Positions 13,155 through 26,520 of a stretch of DNA of 64,000 bases are shown here, in pieces. The notes beneath the pieces were generated by a model. The model did no database searches and was not told the origin of the DNA. It worked only from the letters and a program-made list of their open reading frames with translations. The DNA comes from Haliotis cracherodii. Lineage: Eukaryota. Location: positions 19,716,001 to 19,780,000 of the forward strand of contig NW_027266264.1 in NCBI RefSeq assembly GCF_022045235.1. Reading direction: 5' to 3'. The translations under genes and the position numbers were made by a program. The number at the start of each line of letters is the position of its first letter. Positions within the stretch are counted from its first letter, which is position 1.

Positions 13155-13305
13155 CGAGTGACTGAGTAGAGTTTTACGCCGCTTTCGGCAATTTTCAGGC
13201 AAAATGACCATGATCATGGAATTCATACATTGTACTATGTGGGGAATCGAACCCGGGCTTTCAGCGTTACAAGCGAGCACTTTAGCCACTAGCCTACTCT
13301 ACGAC
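13155..13305 (-). mobile_element. Family C short tRNA-derived SINE
   Basis: Reverse complement has an A box (tagtggctaaagtg), a B box (gggttcgattcccc) and the shared tail. Confidence 0.75.
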
Positions 13306-13999
13306 CACATAAATACGAAGGATCCGACATTCTTTAAGTAGAGACAAAAACAAAGGTGACTGAACCACAGCAGACTAGTGAACTCAGATCTCGCGGTCGC
13401 TGATAACATTATTAAGTTTTAATGTCGAATAATGTTAGTACTTATTTCAGTAGACCCGTAAACCAGTTACTTGGCAATATTAAGGTACTGGTGTATATTG
13501 ACCGCGGCAGCATAGATAATCCCAGCTTGTGGTAGCGCTAGGTGAGTCAGGTATTGTTTAATCTTCATATGTACATTCAATACGGGAGCTCCCGGCTCAC
13601 ATTGTGCACCTGAGCACGTTTGTGCAGGTGAGATCAAAGTGGTGATTACAGGTATCGATTTTTATCTGTTGACAGGAGTATCCGTAGTCGGGACCAGGAA
13701 GGCAGGAGGCCAGTACTCCAGCAGACGACACGCCGGCAGACGACAGTTCCCTAGTGAGTTCAGCAGGGCTGAAACAGTAGAGACAAGCTAACACTGGACA
13801 GTTAATGTGATTTCATTCGGAGCCTTTTGATTTCGGTGTACATCGAGTACACGGTTTTTTTCAGGTTTCACGAACTTCCAAATATGGTTCATTCATACCA
13901 TAAAAGTACTAGTCTTTGATTTGTGTCGGCTCGATAATGAATTGTGATTCGTCCTGGAAACAGCGTATCTGAAGGCAGACTGATCCCGGCTTCTCTAAC

Positions 14000-14992
14000 A
14001 TGGCTTCTGCACATTTGGGCCCTGAGAGTCCACGCCCTCTGGCGGTAATTTCAGAGAGTTATCAGAACCGCTTCAAAATCCCCGCTATGGAAGAATATGA
14101 TGAATTCAGCTTCGGTGAGGACTACGAGGAAAAGATGTACAAACTCATACACAAATACCTCGAACTGGACACAACAGACAAGCTGTGCTACGTCGGGGAC
14201 AACAAGGGTAGTATGGCCCTCCTTCTGCAGGAGAAGTTCGTCATTCTTGAACCTGTTACAACCGTGCTTCCGGGTACCTTCCATTACGCCGAGACGGAAA
14301 GTCATAAATTAGTCCCTATACGCATCGCTCACGTAGGCGCGGAGGAATATTTCCGTAGCCTCGCTGAACAAAATATTAAGGGTCCAAAGACTCTGTTTAC
14401 AAAAGTGATTTTAGCAGACGTTGTGCGTTATTTCACAATCCCTCACCACGTGTATGAAAATATATTGAAGTGTCTGGCGCCAGGAGGAAAGATTTTGATC
14501 ACCCATCGTGCAGGGAGCTTGAGTACTCTCCCATACTTCAAGGACGCTTTGGACAGACTTCAAGACAACGAGACCCCCTACATGACTATTATCAAGACCC
14601 TGCAGTCGTGTAATCTCGACGTGGAATGGGAGCTAGAATGTCTGCCAATCATCATGCCAAAGAAGAAATGGTTCGCCATGATCAGAGAGAGGTTTCCACC
14701 ACAGATGGATCAACTCAGCGACTACGAGATCATGTCTGGAGTCCGGGAATTGTCAGAGGGCATCATGAAGTACCCCGGCGATGTTGTGGAGTTCACGGAT
14801 CGACTGCTGTTCATCACGGCGTGTAGAACGGAACACACATCGTGTATACCTTCTATTCAAAGGCACGGTGTCTGCGATAGTCTTCCCCCGCCATCTTCCA
14901 CCGACCTCAAACTGTCCATGACCTTGACCCCTGAAGTTAGGAAGTACCTGAAACAAGACAAACGAGAAAAGAAAATGTTCAATTGGAGTTGA
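14000..14992 (+). CDS. Uncharacterised class I SAM-dependent methyltransferase-fold protein (330 aa, single coding exon)
   Basis: Long non-repetitive ORF, Kozak aacATGg, GC-rich third positions. Motif I-like LCYVGDNKG, motif II-like FTKVILADVVRYF, motif III-like LKCLAPGGKILIT. AATAAA at about 15413. Confidence 0.8.
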   Translation: MASAHLGPESPRPLAVISESYQNRFKIPAMEEYDEFSFGEDYEEKMYKLIHKYLELDTTDKLCYVGDNKGSMALLLQEKFVILEPVTTVLPGTFHYAETESHKLVPIRIAHVGAEEYFRSLAEQNIKGPKTLFTKVILADVVRYFTIPHHVYENILKCLAPGGKILITHRAGSLSTLPYFKDALDRLQDNETPYMTIIKTLQSCNLDVEWELECLPIIMPKKKWFAMIRERFPPQMDQLSDYEIMSGVRELSEGIMKYPGDVVEFTDRLLFITACRTEHTSCIPSIQRHGVCDSLPPPSSTDLKLSMTLTPEVRKYLKQDKREKKMFNWS

Positions 14993-17900
14993 AATTGGCA
15001 AGTGAATGAGTCATGTACTGTATACGATGGGATAGATCACAGTTCACGTGGATATATCCCCCGCTAGGAACATCTGCGCACGTGGGTGTAGCGGGAGAGA
15101 TGCCCCTTGTGTAGCCAATCACTGATTGTGCCCTGATAGGTGTGACAACACCCAGACTGTCGTGAGTTATGCGATACCCCCCCACGTAGAGGCCACCAGG
15201 ATGTTAAAAAGATCGTGGCTTCTACTGCTAAATGTGTTGTAGAGTTGAAAGGTCGTTACAGTTAAGATCGCTTTTCTCCATGTCATGGATTATTCTAGAT
15301 AGTTATTTCTTTATAATACATACGCAACGTTTCAGGTCAACTTCTCATCCATCTGGTCTTTTCTTAAATTACTTGCTTAAAGGGTTTTGTTTCCAAAGAC
15401 AAGGTCGGTCGAAATAAAATATATAGAACTTACTAAAATATAGAATATCCGTAAGGTGAAACAGATAAACACAAAAATAGGTCAAAGGGTCACGACATTC
15501 CTTATTATTATTATTATTATTATTATTGTTATAATTATTATCATAGCGATTATACACATGTCGAAACAGTGATAGAAAGCTATATGAGGGCATTTGCCAG
15601 TCTCGTGACAAGTTTGAGCGAGTATTATCGCTGAAATAGCTTTGGAAATACTGCCCCATTTCCTTATGTAAGGGTTTCAACAGTGTTTATTCAGCGTTCA
15701 GTTCATGTAAATATTTAGGTACCATAGCGTGCTTAACATAAATCGATAGTAACTTTTCACTCCTTTTGATTTCAATAAGAACCAAAGTTAAAATATCAGT
15801 CAATCAAAACACTCTTTCATGATATCGGAATTCGATCAACATCAAGGCAGTCGTGTTTAAAACGGCGAATAATAACAACCCTAACAATATTGAGTATTCA
15901 TAATAAGCAGCTATTATTACGTAAGATTATCGATAAACTCAGACTCTGTACACAACTCATGCGAAATGTTATTGTATTCTGTAACAAAGTACTGCTATTG
16001 CTTTGTATTAAATCCAGAGCTGTGGACATTGTTGCGTGGCAGGATACCACCGAGCCAGCTTGCTATTTGTAGCATCCGCGGCTACAGTGGGGCGATTACT
16101 GCCTCCAGATCTATAACTAGAGAGATAATGGACAATTATCCAAAAGCGCTTTGCATTGATTTTACCGTGGTCTTGCCACATTGAATAGTACGCTAATGTA
16201 GACCCGGTGGACGTCATGTTGTGGTTATTTCTAAATGAAATAAGGAAACGTTTATTTCATACACATGTATATAGGTTTCTCCGACTAGTTCCTATAAAAC
16301 TAGCTCCATTGTCTGGTATTCTTTACTATCATTTAGATAGTGTAGATATTTGCCCCCGTGAAACCTGTCTCTGTGTAACCTAGGTAAAGATTTAGTACTA
16401 GACTGCAATACATAATCAGATTTGAGGTGGCAGGGAAAACAAGTAGACAAGCGGTGGTAGAGATTCCTAAATCAGTTTCCCTGGGATTGAGGCGCCTGAA
16501 GTTAACTCGCTTGGATTATCAAGGTCGGAGCCTATAGAGAGTCCTGTTTTACGTGGTTCAAATAAATGGCAATCCAATTATAACTATTCACCCTGGTAAA
16601 TCGGTCATTTGATGTTATTATTGTTAAAATAATCATGTTTCTATTATTCTTGAAAATTTAGTTCCGTTATTCGCAGTGATGGTTGTTTCGTTTTATCGAT
16701 CAGTTCCTGCGTGGACAACTGTGTCTGCGACGTCATCCAGAAGTACTTATGACGCGCCATTTGTAAAGCACTGATATCTAATTAATCGAACAACAGTCGT
16801 TAGAACTGAAGACGTTTGTTTATTTATTCTGTGGGGATGAACTCGATCGATACGACCATTCACTGTGTATTGCTGATATAATACAGATCTGTCAGGCTGG
16901 GAATGGCCTCGGAAGATTATGATCTATGGTTAAATAGGACATCCCACACAATGAAGGCTCTCATTATTCTTTTAAACACGGCTGTATGAACCAGGATTGA
17001 TTTAACCTGAGAACGATAGCTTCACGGTGTTCCTTTATAGAAATACAAATTGACGCAAGTACCGGCCAGTAATGATGTTATTTATCTGGTGTTAGAAACG
17101 ATGTTATTTGTTCCCATGGTGACAGTTATTGTGAAATGAGACATATTTTCGAAAGGGTAGCATTGATCAAATTGTATTGTTAACACTTCCTCCAGTAATT
17201 GTGATCCCGTCACTGGTGGGTACGTGGGTTCGATAATTGATGTAAAGACCCTTAGTGCCTTTTCTTTGCAAATTAAATTAGATGACATGTGCCTAGGATC
17301 ACCTACTTAGTGTGAACGACAAACTGTTTCTAGATTGTAATTAAAAGGATATTGACAAGACCAAGTTTCATGTTCTCTGTCTGTATTTCCGAACGAGTTT
17401 CGTCTACATTTACACCTTTGGTGGTGACCACAAGAACTGACTACCTTTGTTTAGTTGGCAACAACAGAACTATTATGAGAAGAAGACACAGAAAAAGACG
17501 TTTTATTACAGTGTCATATATCGAATACGCATATAAACCATCTTGTTAATAAATCAAGTATGTAATACCCGGCCATAAATGGTCCTAAAGACACAGTTAA
17601 AGATCATACTATCTAAAAATATATTATTTGATAATTTTCTTTTACATATTAGACAACATAACAGTGAAACATTGTGGAAACATCCCATATGAGCGGAGTT
17701 TGTTTCTATTTTGTCTTTATGGTTGTCCTCGAGTTTTCTTCTTTCTGTATGTCTAGGCAGTTTCTGCACTGCAATCATAGTTGTATTATGGGGTGATACA
17801 GACTGAATGGTGTTTAGAAGGTGGCCCAGGTGAGTTATACGCTTGTCCTCTCTTCTGTTCCTAGACTTTGCATGCCTCTTCGATTACCTGTGTATAACGT

Positions 17901-19111
17901 AAGTGAGTTGCTGTTGGTGGGGTCCTTGTATCCAAGGTACTTTTAAGATGTTAATCGACGGTAATTGTTGTTAATTACCAGGGTGGCAATTCGTGTACCT
18001 CTTCACCTGAACTACGGTAATCCCCTCGTTCTTGGTGCTGACAGTCAGGGATGAGCGAGAGGTACAATGTCAGTACCCGAGGGCCTTGGATCTATTACCG
18101 TAGTTCCTCCAACAAGCACAAAGAGTGATCTTTGTTTAACAGCTTTTATTCCCACTTTATGTTGCCGGTCAACCGACTCTATTTGTCACTTAATTATGAG
18201 ACTTCGCCCGCAAAGCTTCAGTCTCAGTCGAAATGCTGGTGCTTAAGTTTGGTTTCTGGTTCGAAAGATCGTGACAGCAAGCCGAGAACGGAGTACCAGT
18301 CCAGATGTCGTCTCCCCAGCCGCTCTCCCGATCGCGAGGCTTTTTGGCCGAGAGCGGAGCACCAGTCCTGATGTAGTCTCCCCAGCCGCTCTCTAGCCGC
18401 TCCCTCGCCGCTCTCTAGCCGCTCTCTCGATCTGGGGCTCTTGTCCCCTTTTTAATCGGTACCTACGTCACAGTTCTACTCATTTTTCAATGTATCATTG
18501 TCAACCACCTTTCCCCCCTACACTAGATCGTTCTGACCCACTCTTGACTAACCTCAAGGTCCTTTTTAGGACTTGTGGTAATGTGACCACCTCATCCCCT
18601 GAATCTGGACTATTCCCCCCCAAAAAACCATATATGAACCCGAGGGCAATTTCCTCTACGTTTCCTCTCCCAATCTATTTTGTCTCTGGCAACCTGCACA
18701 TTCCCTTGCTATGTTACTTTTATTGTTTTGCTCTAGTACTCCGACCCTCGACCCACTATTGTCACCCCTGGTTATTAGTGGCCCAGTATGTTTCCTGTGC
18801 TCTTCAACACCAACATCGCCTGCCCTCAATATATCTTCCCATGTGTTATACCTATATCTTACTGTTTTAGCCCCTCACATTGCCTACTTATATAATTACT
18901 GTAGATGTCTTAATGAGTTGCTAATTACCATTATTTCATGCCTATAATACGACCCCCGTTCTGACGAAGAGTGTGTCCCCACACTCTGAGATGGTGCCAA
19001 TTCTTGTTATAATACCTGGTATACATTCCCTCTTATTTCTATGACTTATTGATTTAACTTCCCTTTAATTATCTAAATATGTATTACACTTTCATGCCTA
19101 TAATACTTGTA

Positions 19112-19565
19112 GAGGGTCGTGGTGGGTTTTAATGCTTAACGTAAAACACCCTTCAAACACTATCTTAAACGTAAAATTCATCTTTTTTATCGTAAATGCC
19201 TATCGTAAAATACCAAAAAATAACTGCTTAACATAAATATATAATTTACTGCTTATCGTAAAATGATTAAAATGGTCAAAAACAGTCTGTCTTTAAGATC
19301 CAAATGCTTCGCCACAGAAAGAAGGCTGCGCAACTGACGCAGGGGACCAGTCTAGAATGTTCAGCGATTTGAGATTTTACCCGGTATTTAAATATGAATT
19401 TTCAGGATGAAACGAAAGCAGAATTAAAAGTCTCATGTCCCGCCATGGCCGATTTAGCAATTTTCGCGACGATTTTATAGAAAAATAAGAAAAAGTACTG
19501 CTTAATGAAAAAGTACCCTAAATTTTACAGCTTACTGCTTATGGGACCCACCCATTAGCACCTTC
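19112..19565. mobile_element. Non-autonomous DNA-transposon-like element
   Basis: Imperfect termini gagggtcgtggtggg and cccacccattagcaccttc, subterminal cttaacgtaaaa repeats, flanking direct repeat cttgta. Confidence 0.45.
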
Positions 19566-19907
19566 CTTGTAGTCTGCACCAGTAATTAGACATGTCCATA
19601 AGACCTGACAGCCAGTCCATTTCTCCTCTTGTTGCGATATTTGATGTGTTCTTCTTCACGCCAAGAAAGAAGCAACATGCCTTGTTTTGCAACACAATTA
19701 TCTCTCCCCCCCCCCCCCACCGTTGCAGCTGCTGGTATTATTATATTTGTTTGTTTGTTGTTTAACGCCGCACCCAGAAATAGGTCTTAGTTACTTCCAT
19801 GGGGCCTGTGACACATAGCCACTGTAGAGATACATGCCTCGTAACTCATGCTCTAAATGGGTGCTGTGATGTAGGGTGTGTTGTCAACACAGGGGAGATA
19901 TAAACAG

Positions 19908-20152
19908 GTTGTTGTTGTTAGTTTTTTCACGTCGCACTCCGCAATATTCCAGCTATGTGACGGCGGTCTGTAAATAATCGAGTCTGGACCAGGCAATCCA
20001 GTGATTGACATCATGAGCATCGATCCAAGCAATTGCGATACGATGACAGTCTTCATGCCTGACCACCCGATCCCGTTAGTCGCCTATTACGACAAGTACA
20101 GTCGCCTTTTACAGCAAGCATGGTTTGCTGAAGACCTATTTTCCCCAGATCC
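19908..20152 (-). mobile_element. Family A retroposon copy
   Basis: Matches consensus on the minus strand. Confidence 0.85.
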
Positions 20153-21640
20153 TCAATCGGTACGATCGCCTTCGCGCTGATCATTTAGTGGAACGGGCCT
20201 TTGGTAATTAGATTTAGAATGGACTGTCTTATTGGAAACGACAGTATAAGTATATAGTGATTTGGAAAAGTAAATATTTTCAACGACGTTCATGCAGTCC
20301 GTATAAGAACACAGCTGCCAGCAAACAGATTGACGTCACTTTCGGTGTGCCTTTTCTAAATCATGTAAATATAATGTCGTCTGCCACGCGAGCGTATACT
20401 TGACATAAACTAACACATCCATCGATTATTTATTGACAGGTGAAGCGTGTCAGTGAACGCTTATAGTTGTGTGTCCTTCCATTGACGTATGTCTCCTCGG
20501 GTAGCGCCGTCCCTTGGGGGTCGTGCACGAAGCCGACGTCAGGAGAACAGGGGTAGTTGTGAATAATAGATTCGAGTCTAACGTGGTTGTGCGGCCTGAT
20601 CACTCGTCTACAGTACTCAGGATATATGTTGGGCTTGTCGCAGAACTGTTTCACTCGAAAAAATCCATATGTGTTTAACAATGTTGATTAGGCCCAAATG
20701 AATTAGTTCACCTTTCCCATCTTAATGAGGATTTCAGGTTTTTCAGGTATAGATAGCAACGGACTGAAGTGTGTGTGTTTTTTGTTTGGTCTTTCTTCCC
20801 CGCCCCCCCCCCCCCCCCCCCCCCTTTTGGGGTGGGTGGGGGTGGTGGGGGTGGGTGGGGCTTTGCAATGAGGTGATACAGGATTTGTATTTTTCAGTGT
20901 AACCGTTCACATTCACGTGTTGTACATTATATAACAGTTAGAATGTAAAGACCGCCCTTTCAGAATCACGGGAGACCTTAATTTTTCACCATGATATAAA
21001 CATTATACCAAACTCACATATACACATGAAACACAATATTAAAAAAAAAAACCACTTACAGACATAATAGAAATTGATCTATCAGGCAATCAAAGTAGTG
21101 TTTAAGTGACTTAAGAGGATTATATGGGCTGGGACTGCCAATTAGGCCGAACTTAGACTCTCTTTAAATGTGTAGTTTGTCAGTGTCCATAGTTACGATT
21201 AGGCTGGTTAGTGCTTTACCCTGCAAGTGTGGATAGTGAGGCATGGAAACACTTCCTACCTCTCCCCTCTCAGTGTTGGTATGAAACAGATCGCCACCGA
21301 GATAACCGACTTTGATGGTGGTGGCGGTGGTGGTGGTGGGGGTCACCACCCGAAATAACGGTCTGTGATGGTGGTGGTGGTGGTGGTGGTTGGGGGGGGG
21401 GGGTGGGGGGGGGTTAACCCGACTCTCCAATAGTGCTACTCCGTCCCTGCCGTGAGTATGCATAATTGAGGCAGTATAACACGCCCACAAGCCGCAACCA
21501 TCTCTGTCACGTCATGATAGGCGGGAGGTCGGAAAGCGGGGATGTAAAATATACAGCTAAACCTTAGAACAGTGTAACCAGATGAGGTCCGACTATCGGA
21601 GTTTCAATGAAATCAAACATAGCTGGTTATGCAGATGTAG

Positions 21641-21719
21641 CAATCTCATTAAAATCAGATCTTAGTTGTCGCTATCGCTCAACAAAGATCTTTGTTTACA
21701 TCTGATTTTAATGAGATTG
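21641..21719. mobile_element. 79-bp MITE with 20-bp perfect TIR and 10-bp TSD
   Basis: TIRs caatctcattaaaatcagat and atctgattttaatgagattg. gcagatgtag at 21631-21640 and 21720-21729. Confidence 0.8.
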
Positions 21720-21889
21720 GCAGATGTAGTTAAAACGTATCTAGTTCATCTCCAAAATCTGCTACACAGAAACCAGTACGCAGTATATGACCAACAGTAT
21801 TTGTTTCATTTTATGACGTATTGTTGTTATATGCAGGAATGTTAGCTACCAAAGTTACTTCTTGTCGGACCATTGACAGTAGCAATGCA

Positions 21890-22092
21890 ACTTAATCAAT
21901 CGTTTGTACCAGTCAATCCAGTGACTGACACCATGAGCACCGATCCTCGCAAATGTCATACGATGACATGCATCAACCAAGTCAGCGAGCCTGACCAACC
22001 GATCCCGTTAGATGCCTCTTACGACAAGCATAGTCGCCTTTTACGGCAAGCAGGGTTTGCTGAAGACCTAAACTGTTTATTTTACGCCGGAT
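21890..22092 (-). mobile_element. Family A retroposon, partial copy
   Basis: Matches consensus (caaccaagtcagcgagcctgacc...cttacgacaagcatagtcgcc). Confidence 0.8.
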
Positions 22093-22424
22093 CCTCAATC
22101 GGTACATCCCTATTTTAGATACATATATTTCTTATTTCAAAAAACCAAAGCGCAAATACTAAATCCTTCTGACACGTACTTCACGTGTAATCTGACAGCA
22201 TTAGATGTATATGCCACAAATAAAATATAGATAACTTTCTGCGTCGTCACTGAGTGAGTTGAGTTTAGATCAGAATTTCTGTCATGTCGCGGTGTGTTAT
22301 GCAGGTCTCCCTCTGGTGAAGCCTCCAGGCATGGACATAGTGTTGACAAACCAAGAATCTTACTCAGGCGAACCTGAGATTCCAACCCACGATCAAATGC
22401 ATGAATAGACCTAAAATTCAAACA

Positions 22425-25400
22425 AATCTGAGCAGGTCTTGAACACCAATACAGCGAACCTGGTCTAGAACACCAACACGCCTGAGCAGGTCTAGAACAC
22501 CAACACAGCTGAGCAGGTCAAGAACACCAACACAGCTGGGCAGGTCTAGAACACCAACACGGCTGAGCAGGTCAAGAACACCAACACAGCTGGGCAGGTC
22601 TAGAACACCAACACGGCTGAGCAGGTCAAGAACACCAACACAGCTGAGCAGGTCTAGAACACCAACACGGCTGAGCAGGTCTAGAACACCAACACAGCTG
22701 AGCAGATCTAGAACACCAACACAGCTGAGCAGGTCTAGAACACCAACACATCTGAGCAGGTCTAGAACACCAACACAGCTGAGCAGGTCTAGAACACCAA
22801 CACGGCTGAGCAGGTCTAGAACACCAACACAGCTGAGCAGATCTAGAACACCAACACAGCTGAGCAGGTCTAGAACACCAACACGGTTGAGCAGGTCTAG
22901 AACACCAACATAGCTGAGCAGGTCTAGAACACCAACACAGCTGAGCAGGTCTAGAACACCAACACAGCTGAGCAAGCCTAGGACACCAACACAGCTGAGC
23001 ATGTCAAGAACACCAACACGGCTGAGCAGGTCTAGAACACCAACACGGCTGAGCAGGTCTAGAACACCAACACGGCTGGGCACGTCAAGAACACCAACAC
23101 AGCTGGGCAGGTCTAGAACACCAACAGAGCTGGGCAGGTCAAGAACACCAACATAGCTGAGCAGGTCAAGAACACCAACACAGCTGAGCAGGTCAAGAAC
23201 ACCAACACAGCTGAGCAGGTCTAGGACACCAACACATCTGAGCAGGTCTAGAACACCAACACAGCTGGGCAGGTCTAGAACACCAACACAGCTGGGCAGG
23301 ACTAGAACACCAACACAGCTGGGCAGGCCTAGGACACCAACACAGCTGGGCAGGTCTAGAACACCAACACAGCTGGGCAGGTCTAGAACACCAACACAGC
23401 TGAGCAGGACTAGAACACCAACACAGTTTCCCATGTCTAGAACACCAACACATCTGAGCAGGTCTAGAACACCAACACAGCTGAGCAGGTCTAGAACACC
23501 AACACAGCTGAGCAGGACTAGAACACCAACACAGCTGAGCAGGTCTAGAACACCAACACAGCTGAGCAGGACTAGAACACCAACACAGCTGAGCAGGTCT
23601 AGAACACCAACACGGCTGAGCAGGTCTAGGACACCAACACAGCTGAGCAGGTCAAGAACACCAACACAGCTGAGCAGGTCAAGAACACCAACACAGCTGA
23701 GCAGGTCAAGAACACCAACACGGCTGAGCAGGTCTAGGACACCAACACAGCTGAGCAGGACTAGAACACCAACACAGCTGAGCAGGTCTAGAACACCAAC
23801 ACAGCTGAGCAGGACTAGAACACCAACACAGCTGAGCAGGTCTAGGACACCAACACGGCTGAGCAGGTCTAGAACACCAACACGGCTGAGCAGGTCTAGA
23901 ACACCAACACAGCTGAGCAGGACTAGAACACCAACACAGCTGAGCAGGTCTAGGATACCAACACGGCTGAGCAGGTCTAGAACACCAACACAGCTGAGCA
24001 GGTCTAGGACACCAACACGGCTGAGCAGGTCTAGAACACCAACACAGCTGAGCAGGACTAGAACACCAACACAGCTGAGCAGGTCTAGAACACCAACACG
24101 GCTGAGCAGGTCTAGGACACCAACACAGCTGAGCAGGTCTAGGACACCAACACAGCTGAGCAGGTCAAGAACACCAACACAGCTGAGCAGGTCAAGAACA
24201 CCAACACGGCTGAGCAGGTCTAGGACACCAACACAGCTGAGCAGGACTAGAACACCAACACAGCTGAGCAGGTCTAGAACACCAACACGGCTGAGCAGGT
24301 CTAGGACACCAACACAGCTGAGCAGGTCTAGGACACCAACACAGCTGAGCAGGTCTAGGACACCAACACGGCTGAGCAGGACTAGAACACCAACACAGCT
24401 GAGCAGGTCTAGAACACCAACACAGCTGAGCAGGTCTAGAACACCAACACGGCTGAGCAGGTCTAGGACACCAACACAGCTGAGCAGGACTAGAACACCA
24501 ACACGGCTGAGCAGGACTAGAACACCAACACAGCTGAGCAGGTCTAGGACACCAACACGGCTGAGCAGGACTAGAACACCAACACAGCTGAGCAGGACTA
24601 GGACACCAACACAGCTGAGCAGGTCTAGGACACCAACACAGCTGAGCAGGTCTAGGACACCAACACGGCTGAGCAGGACTAGAACACCAACACAGCTGAG
24701 CAGGACTAGGACACCAACACAGCTGAGCAGGACTAGAACACCAACACAGCTGAGCAGGTCTAGGACACCAACACAGCTGAGCAGGTCTAGAACACCAACA
24801 CAGCTGAGCAGGACTAGGACACCAACACAGCTGAGCAGGTCTAGGACACCAACACAGCTGAGCAGGACTAGAACACCAACACAGCTGAGCAGGTCTAGAA
24901 CACCAACACAGCTGGGCAGGACTAGAACACCAACACAGCTGAGCAGGACTAGGACACCAACACAGCTGAGCAGGACTAGAACACCAACACAGCTGAGCAG
25001 GACTAGGACACCAACACAGCTGAGCAGGTCTAGGACACCAACACAGCTGAGCAGGACTAGAACACCAACACAGCTGAGCAGGTCTAGGACACCAACACAG
25101 CTGAGCAGGACTAGAACACCAACACAGCTGAGCAGGTCTAGAACACCAACACGGCTGAGCAGGACTAGAACACCAACACAGCTGAGCAGGACTAGGACAC
25201 CAACACAGCTGAGCAGGACTAGAACACCAACACAGCTGAGCAGGACTAGGACACCAACACAGCTGAGCAGGTCAAGAACACCAACACATCTGAGCAGGTC
25301 TAGAACACCAACACGGCTGAGCAGGTCTAGAACACCAACACAGCTGAGCAGGACTAGAACACCAACACAGCTGAGCAGGTCAAGAACACCAACACAGCTG

Positions 25401-26520
25401 AGCAGGTCAAGAACACCAACACGGCTGAGCAGGTCTAGAACACCAACACAGCTGAGCAGGACTAGAACACCAACACAGCTGGGCAGGCCTAGGACACCAA
25501 CACGGCTGAGCAGGTCTAGAACACCAACACAGCTGAGCAGGTCTAGAACACCAACACAGCTGGGCAGGACTAGAACACCAACACAGCTGGGCAGGCCTAG
25601 GACACCAACACGGCTGAGCAGGTCTAGAACACCAACACAGCTGGGCAGGTCTAGAACACCAACACAGCTGGGCAGGTCAAGAACACCAACACAGCTGGGC
25701 AGGTCTAGAACACCAACACAGCTGAGCAGGTCTAGAACACCAACACAGCTGGGCAGGTCTAGAACACCAACACGGCTGAGCAGGTCAAGAACACCAACAC
25801 AGCTGAGCAAGCCTAGAACACCAACACAGCTGAGCAGGTCTAGAACACCAACACGGCTGAGCAGGTCAAGAACACCAACACAGCTGAGCAGGTCAAGAAC
25901 ACCAACACAGCTGAGCAGGTCAAGAACACCAACACAGCTGAGCAGGTCTAGAACACCAACACAGCTGAGCAGGTCTAGAACACCAACACAGCTGAGCAGG
26001 TCAAGAACACCAACACGGCTGAGCAGGTCAAGAACACCAACACAGCTGAGCAGGTCTAGAACACCAACACAGCTGAGCAGGTCAAGAACACCAACACAGC
26101 TGAGCAGGTCTAGAACACCAACACAGCTGAGCAGGTCAAGAACACCAACACAGCTGAGCAGGTCTAGAACACCAACACAGCTGAGCAGGTCTAGAACACC
26201 AACACAGCTGAGCAAGCCTAGAACACCAACACAGCTGAGCAGGTCTAGAACACCAACACAGCTGAGCAGGTCTAGGACACCAACACAGCTGAGCAAGCCT
26301 AGGACACCAACACAGCTGAGCAAGCCTAGGACATCAACACAGCTGAGCAGGTCTAGAACACCAACACAGCTGAGCAAGCCTAGGACACCAACACAGCTGA
26401 GCAAGCCTAGGACATCAACACAGCTGAGCAGGTCTAGAACACCAACACAGCTGGGCAGGTCTAGAACACCAACACGGCTGAGCAGGCAAAGAACACCATC
26501 ATACCTGGGCAGGTCTATCA
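22425..26520. repeat. 27-bp minisatellite, about 150 units (agcaggtctagaacaccaacacagctg)
   Basis: Direct inspection. It produces 9-aa-repeat ORFs on both strands. Confidence 0.98.

Noticed and set aside
18961-19002. Hammerhead-like CTGACGA plus 8-bp stem (agagtgtg/cacactct)
   Set aside because: Followed by GAGA rather than GAAA, with no convincing stem I, stem III or NUH site.
17480-19100. LTR/gag-like-looking region with short internal ccgctctc repeats
   Set aside because: No identifiable gag/pol motifs, PBS or paired LTRs.
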